Of a stretch of DNA of 64,000 bases, positions 57,277 through 64,000 are shown piece after piece. The stretch covers positions 28,852 through 92,851 of the forward strand of contig JBKUJR010000002.1 of the NCBI GenBank assembly GCA_046952735.1, read 5' to 3'. A program made the translations under genes and the position numbers. The notes under the pieces are model-generated. The model worked only from the letters and a program-made list of their open reading frames with translations, did no database searches and was not told the DNA's origin. Numbering within the stretch: the stretch's first letter is position 1; every line of letters begins with the position of its first letter. This DNA comes from Clostridia bacterium. Its GTDB lineage: Bacteria > Bacillota > Clostridia > UBA1212 > UBA1255.

Positions 57277-57960
57277 TCAGATCATTTGACATGATTCCTT
57301 AACAATACATCCATCCTTAATTTCAATATGTTTTGAACAATAATCGGATACGGCTTTATCATGTGTGACGATAATCATCGTAGTCCCTTCCCCGTTAAGC
57401 TCCGCAAGCAGCTCCATGATCTGTTTCGATGTGGCGCTGTCGAGCGCGCCCGTAGGCTCATCCGCCAAAATTACAGAAGGATGGTTGATGATGGCTCTTG
57501 CAATCGCCACGCGCTGGCGCTGTCCGCCTGACAGCTGATTTGCCTTCTTATGGGCCTGATCGACGATGCCGACTTTCTCGAGCGCCTGCATGCCAAGCTT
57601 CTTCATCGCCGCGTAGGACGTCTTGTTAAAAAACAACGGAAGCATCGTATTAAACAGTACGGATTGATGATTTACAAGGCAAAAATCCTGAAACACATAG
57701 CCGATCTTCGAATTTCGCACCGAGGCAAGCTTTGCCTCGGATAGACGGCCTATCTTTTCTCCTTCAAGCAGATACTCGCCTGAATCGAAGCTGTCTATGC
57801 AGCCGATAATATTCAGCAGCGTAGACTTTCCGGCGCCTGATTTTCCCTCGACAGAAAGAAAGTCGCCCTTCTCTATCTGCAAATCGATATCCTTTAACGC
57901 CTGAAAGGAACTCTTCCCTACGGAATAATATTTGTTCAGATTTTTTATCTCTATGAAACT
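57277..57960 (-). CDS. ABC transporter ATP-binding protein (MacB/LolD-type)
   Basis: Walker A GKSGAGKST, the LSGGQRQRVAIARA signature, and Walker B ILADEPTGALD. The start is taken at MSFIEIKNL. Confidence 0.9.
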   Translation of the reverse strand, partial: SFIEIKNLNKYYSVGKSSFQALKDIDLQIEKGDFLSVEGKSGAGKSTLLNIIGCIDSFDSGEYLLEGEKIGRLSEAKLASVRNSKIGYVFQDFCLVNHQSVLFNTMLPLFFNKTSYAAMKKLGMQALEKVGIVDQAHKKANQLSGGQRQRVAIARAIINHPSVILADEPTGALDSATSKQIMELLAELNGEGTTMIIVTHDKAVSDYCSKHIEIKDGCIVKESCQMI

Positions 57961-59156
57961 CATAATTCTACCTTCCTCCTGATCAATGCGCAAGATTTCC
58001 GCCTGTAAATAAGAAATGACGCGAATACAGATAAAAACAGCAACAGCAGCCAATAGCAAATCAAAAATACATATACCGTATAATCCAATAAGAACTGATC
58101 CGTATTTACGATACTCATCAGTACGCTTCCTTTGCGTACTGTCAGGATTATGATGCTTACAAGCGACGCAAGCGCCCCGATGATTCCCAGGGACAAAGCC
58201 ATAATCCCGTAACCGCGCTTTTTAGTGCAGCCGCATAAGTAGAACGTGAGCATCAGATCCATTTTCCCGTGTAAAAACAATATGGAAAAGCACAATGTCA
58301 GGATCGCAGACAGCAATGCCAAATAGATCGGCAGCGGCATCATCTGTTCCAGTGTATCCGCGGTAATTTTATGAGAATTATCCAGAATCGTATCCGCGTC
58401 TGTGCAATGTAAATTGTGTTCCTCAAGGAAATCGTAGACCGCCTGTTTTTCATGTTCCGTACAGTCGTTAAATAGAAGAATAAAGCTTATCCCATAGCGC
58501 GTCATCCGAAATCCTTTATTGCTTAAAAACTCGCGTATTTCCGGAGAATCCTTCAGAATGATGGTATTGCTGCATGGTGCCATTATCTTATATGAAGTCA
58601 TCGCTGTCGACGCTTCCTTAAAAGTTGGAATATAATACGGGCTTACGATATTGCCAAGCAGACGGATCGGAAACGTGCCCTCGCTGCAATCAAACTGTAC
58701 ATTCTGCGCCTCGCCCTTTGTATCTATAAAATCCCCCACGGCGATCCCCTGCGGCATACCGTTCTCAATGCCTGTTTCCGCGTAATACGACTTGCTGTCC
58801 AATAGCTCATAGTCCCGCAGCATCTCCGTATCCGCAAGCAATATTAGGATTGTCCGGCCATGATAGGTTACGCTTCCGCCTGCTTTATACGCGTAAATTT
58901 CTTTCACGGCGCTCATGCCGCCAAGCTTGCTGTAAAATGTCTCATCGGGTCCCTCGATCGTAAAACGGGAAACATATACCGCGTCGTTTCCCTGCACCAG
59001 GCTTTCAAACAATCTGTCCGTTCGCGTATAATAGCGGTACGTGCCAAGCAAGTTCACGAGCAGCAGCTCGGCTATTATCGTGATGATCATAAGAAACGCC
59101 GCCGGGATCAGAATATTTTTGTAAAATGATTTCAGGATTAAAAATTTTTTTCTCAT
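57960..59156 (-). CDS. ABC transporter permease, FtsX-like (4 TM plus a large extracytoplasmic domain), copy 1
   Basis: N-terminal TM, a large periplasmic-type domain, and three C-terminal TMs, typical of the MacB/FtsX family. Confidence 0.75.
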   Translation of the reverse strand: MRKKFLILKSFYKNILIPAAFLMIITIIAELLLVNLLGTYRYYTRTDRLFESLVQGNDAVYVSRFTIEGPDETFYSKLGGMSAVKEIYAYKAGGSVTYHGRTILILLADTEMLRDYELLDSKSYYAETGIENGMPQGIAVGDFIDTKGEAQNVQFDCSEGTFPIRLLGNIVSPYYIPTFKEASTAMTSYKIMAPCSNTIILKDSPEIREFLSNKGFRMTRYGISFILLFNDCTEHEKQAVYDFLEEHNLHCTDADTILDNSHKITADTLEQMMPLPIYLALLSAILTLCFSILFLHGKMDLMLTFYLCGCTKKRGYGIMALSLGIIGALASLVSIIILTVRKGSVLMSIVNTDQFLLDYTVYVFLICYWLLLLFLSVFASFLIYRRKSCALIRRKVEL

Positions 59157-59176
59157 AGGCTCCGCCTCCCTCCGTT

Positions 59177-60256
59177 TTATTTTCTGAGCACTTTCAGCGC
59201 AGACCTGCGCGCGTAGGATATTACAAAAGGAACAGACGCAAGAACAGACGAAAGGATGACGATCGCCGTAATAATGGAGTAATCCCGCCACGCGTAATCG
59301 GTAGACGTCAAATTGAACCTTTCAAAAATACTATTATAAAAGATTTTATGTATCGCTATCGCAAGCACGCTTGCAGCAAGAGCGATAACGAATCGTTCTA
59401 AAAGCAAGAAAAAAGCGATCGTTCCTCTGCGGGCGCCTACAAGCTCCGAAATCGCATCCATTTTCCGGTTTATGGAGGTAATATACTGGATCAAAAACAG
59501 CAAGGCCGTAATGGAAAAAATATATAATATGAAAATCTCCAGTAAGTTGGTTGAAAAATACCGTATGTCATTGGCTACGCCGTATGCCGGTATGACCTGC
59601 TCCGCTCCAGGGATCGCGGATAATTTATTCATAAACGGCTGATGCTCCTCCATCGGCAGCCGTTCCGCCAGTATGATATCGATGTATTGAACAGGCAAAC
59701 GCAACGCTTCAAAAAGAGTGGATGGAATATAATAATCGGAATTGAAGGTCCCCACGCCGACAACATGGAATTCCCCCAGACCTCCGCATGAAATCTCATC
59801 GCCCGGATTTAGGGCGGAAGAACCGCCGCCCTGAGAATACGCAGCGATTACGCAATTTTCCCTGTTCTGAATTTCCGATTCCGTAAAATGGATTCTTCCC
59901 TTTAATTTCTGCCAGGCTAAGCCGGCGTCGTTGTTTTTCGAGGCAGAAATAATCTTGTTGATTTTTTCCTCTTTCCAACGGGAAGAAAAAACGATGTCCT
60001 TTATATCAGTATCCCGCAAAATTTCATCGAGCTCACCGGAAAGCGCGCTGTAATCGCTGTCCTTCAGACTGACTTGATACGTACAGTAGTAGGGGGTATT
60101 TACATGCTTCGTTCTCATATATCTAACCGTATTTCCATATATATATATAATAAGCAAATTCAGCAGAAGACTGCCCATTACGAATATACAGAAAATCGCC
60201 TTGCTCGACTGATAATACTGTTTTATTCTAGAGATCAGAAAAACCGAATACTTCAA
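59177..60256 (-). CDS. ABC transporter permease, FtsX-like, copy 2
   Basis: Same architecture as copy 1. Together they form a split permease. Confidence 0.75.
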   Translation of the reverse strand: MKYSVFLISRIKQYYQSSKAIFCIFVMGSLLLNLLIIYIYGNTVRYMRTKHVNTPYYCTYQVSLKDSDYSALSGELDEILRDTDIKDIVFSSRWKEEKINKIISASKNNDAGLAWQKLKGRIHFTESEIQNRENCVIAAYSQGGGSSALNPGDEISCGGLGEFHVVGVGTFNSDYYIPSTLFEALRLPVQYIDIILAERLPMEEHQPFMNKLSAIPGAEQVIPAYGVANDIRYFSTNLLEIFILYIFSITALLFLIQYITSINRKMDAISELVGARRGTIAFFLLLERFVIALAASVLAIAIHKIFYNSIFERFNLTSTDYAWRDYSIITAIVILSSVLASVPFVISYARRSALKVLRK

Positions 60257-60293
60257 AAGGACATCCTCCCTTTTACGCTATAATAGGACGATT

Positions 60294-60767
60294 TCACGAA
60301 AAGCCGCGAATCGAATCATAAAAATAGTGTCTTGTGTTAATGGCAGTATCATAACTTACTTGAAAGAAGGAGTATTCATACTGAACCATTTGTGGTGCAT
60401 CAATATTGCCCGCATCCGCCCAGCCGGAGTGTCTTTCTATATTTGATGTGTCAGGCGCACCAGAATAACTTGCTTCAAACTTTCCTGATGAAGATTTTAC
60501 GGCTGCAATACAACTGCCATACCAATAAGGGATTGCTTTCGTAGACGATCTGACTTTCGTAGTTTCTCTACCAATTCCAAGGAAACCATTCGAACCTTTG
60601 TAATAATAAATATCACATTCCCCATTAATCGTATAACTTCTATTAGAAGCGAAATTCCAGGCACCACCTTGGGGCGGAGAGGCATATGAATATGCCGCAA
60701 AGCAAGTGAATAATGATCCGACACATAGTAAAACAACTACGATTATAAATAAAAACGATTTTTTCAT
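60294..60767 (-). CDS. small secreted Gly/Tyr/Ser/Trp-rich protein, possible bacteriocin-like (lactococcin-972-like context), 157 aa
   Basis: Sec signal peptide (MKKSFLFIIVVVLLCVGSLFTCFAAYSYA). The mature region is about 128 aa, beta-rich, with 2-3 Cys. It sits immediately upstream of the split-permease ABC transporter. Confidence 0.4.
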   Translation of the reverse strand: MKKSFLFIIVVVLLCVGSLFTCFAAYSYASPPQGGAWNFASNRSYTINGECDIYYYKGSNGFLGIGRETTKVRSSTKAIPYWYGSCIAAVKSSSGKFEASYSGAPDTSNIERHSGWADAGNIDAPQMVQYEYSFFQVSYDTAINTRHYFYDSIRGFS

Positions 60768-61103
60768 AATACGATCCTCCTCTTACAATTTTGAATTTTT
60801 TTGTTTCAATCGGATTTCATAAGAATACCTTAGCCCAATAAAATTGGGCTAATAGTAAGCGCACGCAAATAACGCATCGCTATGAACCTTTACTCGTAAA
60901 TGTCCGGCAAATAACAATTGCATTGGAATTACCTCCTTTCATTTTTATAGTATTAAAATTTTATATTTTTTAATATATTTATATATATCATAAAAATTTA
61001 TATATGTCAATAATGAAATTGAAATTAAATTCAAAATTTATTTTAGTGTATTTATCGTTACAAACGGAATCCTTCAGCGTCAAAGTCTAAGGAAAACGTG
61101 ACG

Positions 61104-61140
61104 CAAAAAAAACCGCGGCACAGCAAAGGTGCGCCGCGGA
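61104..61140 (-). terminator. strong intrinsic terminator after the SGNH hydrolase gene (GC-rich stem plus a T9 run)
   Basis: The minus strand reads CCGCGGCGCACCtttgctGTGCCGCGG followed by TTTTTTTTT. Confidence 0.7.
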
Positions 61141-61179
61141 TTCGTTTGGTTGGGATACTTCTTTTTCAGCAGGAAAGGC

Positions 61180-62286
61180 TCAATAGGGTATCAGCGCGCT
61201 CAGAAAGTTCATCGCATATACGCGAATCAGCCAGTCGTTCGGATGATTGACATTATTGCCGGAAGTGGCGATATAATCCTTCCGCTTTAAAATCTTTTCA
61301 TGTTCCTGAAACATATCTGCGATTGCGACGCCGTTTCCCGCAAGCTTTGCGTAAGCTTCTGAAAATTGCGTCTGCGTGGACAAAAAGCCGGACTGCGCAT
61401 TTGCCGCCATCGGAACCGCCACCAGAAATTCGCAGGCAGGATTTTCCGTTCGTACCGTTTCCAGAACGGAGCGGATATTTTCCGCCGCATCCCGGCCTGT
61501 TTTCCCGCCGTCATTCATGCCGAAGCCCACAAAGACAAAATCCGGCTGCTGCGCGGCAACCAATTCCTGCGCATTTTCTTTTCCCCAGATCGTATCTTTC
61601 CCGCCGACAGACGGATTCAGCACTTCAATCTTCGATCCGTATCTTCTGGAAAGCTCTTTTTCCACCCAATAGGGAAAGCTCGGCTGAAACGGCGGGCGCT
61701 CATGGACCTGGCTCGAATCATAGCCAAAGAAAATACTGTCTCCATAGAACACAATTTTAACGGCTTCCTTGCGATTCAATTTCGCCATAAAATTCGGAAG
61801 GCGGCTCCCCTGGAAAGGCGTGCCGTATCCGGCGGCATCGCGGCACTCATATTCGTACGTCACCGCAATCTGCTTTTCATATAAAAACGGCCCTGCCGTG
61901 AAGAGCGCGTTGTTGAAGCGCGATCTTCCCAAAGAATCCCAGGGGGATTCCTCCGTCCAGCCATGCTCCTTATCGCCCCAGGCAACGATGTAGTTGCCGC
62001 TTTCGTCGCGGCCTTCTATATCATTTTGCGTAAAATACGGAATGGCCGAGCCGGGCAGCCATTTCAGTTCCGCGCTTTTCCCGTCCCAGATATAATCCTT
62101 CCCCTCCTGATAAACCTGATCCAGCGCATAGTTGCGCACCTCTATGATCTTCACCGGCGCAAACAACGTTTTTGCCGTAATTTCGCCGTTTTCCCGCCGG
62201 ATCATAACGGCGCTTTCTCCATACATCACATTCTGCCGCCAAAAAGGCAAAACCATTTTGTCCAATTCATTTCCCATCCGAAACAC
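61180..62286 (-). CDS. SGNH/GDSL-family hydrolase (probable carbohydrate esterase), 368 aa
   Basis: C-terminal SGNH blocks: FYGDSIFFG, GFGMNDG, and NHPND (the DxxH equivalent). Confidence 0.75.
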   Translation of the reverse strand: MFRMGNELDKMVLPFWRQNVMYGESAVMIRRENGEITAKTLFAPVKIIEVRNYALDQVYQEGKDYIWDGKSAELKWLPGSAIPYFTQNDIEGRDESGNYIVAWGDKEHGWTEESPWDSLGRSRFNNALFTAGPFLYEKQIAVTYEYECRDAAGYGTPFQGSRLPNFMAKLNRKEAVKIVFYGDSIFFGYDSSQVHERPPFQPSFPYWVEKELSRRYGSKIEVLNPSVGGKDTIWGKENAQELVAAQQPDFVFVGFGMNDGGKTGRDAAENIRSVLETVRTENPACEFLVAVPMAANAQSGFLSTQTQFSEAYAKLAGNGVAIADMFQEHEKILKRKDYIATSGNNVNHPNDWLIRVYAMNFLSALIPY

Positions 62287-62320
62287 TTCTTTCCGTTATA
62301 TCGTATATATCGTAATCTGC

Positions 62321-64000
62321 TTACAAATCTTTTATCATTCCAAACCGGTCGAACCAATAGAGGACGTGCGAGGCAAACCCGTGGTTGCAGCTCGCATAAT
62401 CGCCGTCGTTTTCCCAAAGCGTGCCCGTTTTTTCCGCCATATAGTAAAAATAATCTTCTATATTTTTAAGAACCTCTTCCCTGCTGCCATACGACGCCAG
62501 AAGATCCATGCGCAGATAATTCCCGATAAAGGCGTTGGCAAAAGCTACGTTCTCCCACTTGTGCGTTTCCCGGCGGTCCCGGCCAAAATCCGCAACCAGC
62601 CGCTGCCAGAGCGCAGGATACAGTTCCGGCGTCGCCGTTTGCGTATGGAATGCGTAATATTGGCAGCTTTCCGTATATTCCCCGGAAAGGAGGAGCTTTC
62701 CGTCTCTGCGATACGCATTGTCGCAGAAAAAGCCCTCCGTGGTATAGGCCATTTCGCGGATCGTGGACTGCAGCCGATCCGCTTCCGCGGCAAGCGAAGC
62801 GTCCCCGTACAGCGCGGAGATCACGCGCTTCATTTTTGCATAGAGCATATTCGAAGGGAAATTGACATCCTGTACGAGCTCGTTCGATTTGCTCCACTCC
62901 AGAAAGACCCAGGATTCCAGCTTTTCCAAAAGCCCGAATTCATTTTCAAAACGGCGGAAATATTGCAGAAGCGCATAGACCTTTTCTTTTGCGCGTGCGA
63001 TAAGCGGCGCGTCCCCCGTGCGCTTCTGATATTCGCCAAGCTCCAGGACAAACCACATCGCCCAGTTCGGAATAAAAACGCCGTCGTAATGGTCCGCAGG
63101 ATAACACATGGGCAGCATCCCTTCCGGAAGGCAGCGGAAACGTTCCGGTAAAATATAATTTTCAATGAAATTCCGCTCCACTTCCGATTTTCCTGTCAGA
63201 ACCCGCTCGACGCGTGCCGTAAAAAAGCTGTCGCAGAGCCATCCGGCGCGTTCCCGGGAGGGGCAATCCATATAAATATCAAAGGTATTCTGCCGATACG
63301 TCTCTACTGCTGCATCGAAGATCGCCTGCAGCTTCGGATTCCCGGAATCCAGTCTTTTGCGCGGCGCCGGCGCTCCGACTCTCCGGAGATGCAGGCCGCG
63401 GATAACGCATCCCGCGCCTTTGCAATAGATCCTGATATACCGGAACGTGTACGGCTCTATGGAAAGAAAAGCCGTTCTTCCGCGGGCGATTTTTAACAGA
63501 ATGACATTCGCCGCCGTAAGACGCGTAAAATTGATCTCTTCCCCCTGGAGGATTTCGTCGAAGACCGCATAAATTTCACATGGAGCATCACACTCGATGG
63601 AAAAACCGATCAGGCCCGTCAGATTCTTCCCCATATCGTATGTAACAAACGAATCTTTTCCAACGGAAACCTCTGCCGCAGGGAAACTGCCGCGTTCCGC
63701 AATGACGGGATCCAGCTTCTGCGCCTCCGTCGTGGAAAGGATCTCCAGCTCTTCCCGCACGAACCCTTTGAGCTGCGGCCCGATCTGCGCAATCGAACGG
63801 TCGTCGTAATACTGCTGTTTTTCGGATACGGAAAACGCGCCCTTCTGGATCACGCTTCTTGCAGATTCCGTTTCGTATTTACCGTAAAATACGCCTCTTG
63901 GCAGGTATTTCTTTGCCTGCGTGCAGGCGAGTTTCACATCGCGGTATTGTTCTCTTGTAAAATCATAAGCCTCGGCAAACGGCCTCTGGAAAGAATATCT
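62321..64000 (-). CDS. GH78 alpha-L-rhamnosidase, C-terminal (alpha/alpha)6 catalytic part; the gene continues past the window end
   Basis: The motif IYMDCPSRERAGWLCDS (the GH78 DCPxRER-GW signature) and the six-hairpin domain. The reading frame stays open to position 64000. Confidence 0.8.
   Translation of the reverse strand, partial: RYSFQRPFAEAYDFTREQYRDVKLACTQAKKYLPRGVFYGKYETESARSVIQKGAFSVSEKQQYYDDRSIAQIGPQLKGFVREELEILSTTEAQKLDPVIAERGSFPAAEVSVGKDSFVTYDMGKNLTGLIGFSIECDAPCEIYAVFDEILQGEEINFTRLTAANVILLKIARGRTAFLSIEPYTFRYIRIYCKGAGCVIRGLHLRRVGAPAPRKRLDSGNPKLQAIFDAAVETYRQNTFDIYMDCPSRERAGWLCDSFFTARVERVLTGKSEVERNFIENYILPERFRCLPEGMLPMCYPADHYDGVFIPNWAMWFVLELGEYQKRTGDAPLIARAKEKVYALLQYFRRFENEFGLLEKLESWVFLEWSKSNELVQDVNFPSNMLYAKMKRVISALYGDASLAAEADRLQSTIREMAYTTEGFFCDNAYRRDGKLLLSGEYTESCQYYAFHTQTATPELYPALWQRLVADFGRDRRETHKWENVAFANAFIGNYLRMDLLASYGSREEVLKNIEDYFYYMAEKTGTLWENDGDYASCNHGFASHVLYWFDRFGMIKDL

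Noticed and set aside
62132-63151. 339-aa plus-strand ORF antisense to the rhamnosidase gene.
   Set aside because: It lies antisense to a gene with the GH78 DCPxRER signature and has no recognisable motifs.
1-64000. A scan for CRISPR arrays, rRNA genes, transposases and integrases.
   Set aside because: No regularly spaced repeat-spacer array, no rRNA-like sequence, and no DDE, tyrosine or serine recombinase motifs were seen. The only repeats are short operator-like ones, listed separately.

Overview
This window is a 64 kb stretch of a Firmicutes (Clostridia-type, spore-forming) chromosome. Genes are dense and almost all on the minus strand. Content, left to right: (1) An electron-bifurcating [FeFe] hydrogenase structural operon (nuoE-like, HATPase_c protein, 2Fe-2S ferredoxin, nuoF-like, hydA running off the left edge) behind a near-consensus promoter. 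Upstream of it lies a conserved but mechanistically unresolved H2-sensing/regulatory module (PHP protein, two DRTGG proteins, an RsbW-like Ser/Thr kinase, and a sensory HydS-like [FeFe]-hydrogenase paralog), whose first gene starts 1 nt inside the valS stop codon. (2) A roughly 7 kb accessory segment bounded by the 3' end of tRNA-Thr. It carries a phage-like XRE/ImmA repressor module, a Com-like zinc ribbon, an XhlA-like protein, an EVE/PUA-like protein, and a tightly coupled six-gene operon (HTH regulator, pol-beta-type nucleotidyltransferase, thymidylate-kinase-like P-loop kinase, acyl carrier protein, acyl-AMP ligase, CYTH triphosphate-tunnel enzyme). I could not assign this operon to any described pathway and regard it as the most interesting candidate novel system here. 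(3) Housekeeping genes: M15 dipeptidase, tRNA-Gly, rimI-tsaB-tsaE, an HD-GYP phosphodiesterase, rpsI-rplM, glcK, truA, a CarD-like regulator, galK, a DJ-1 family protein, radA, clpC, holA, comEC. (4) Sporulation operons spoVAC-spoVAD-spoVAEB and spoIIAA-spoIIAB-sigF, then whiA, a HelD-like helicase, clpE, uvrA, uvrB. (5) A cell-surface / carbohydrate region: a membrane-anchored GDSL hydrolase, LuxR- and XRE-type regulators, a YbaK deacylase, two C-terminally anchored secreted proteins, an ABC transporter with split FtsX-like permeases next to a small secreted bacteriocin-like protein, an SGNH esterase, and a GH78 alpha-L-rhamnosidase running off the right edge. Two tRNAs, several sigma-A-like promoters, intrinsic terminators and operator-like repeats were read directly from the sequence. 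No CRISPR array, rRNA, integrase or transposase was seen.
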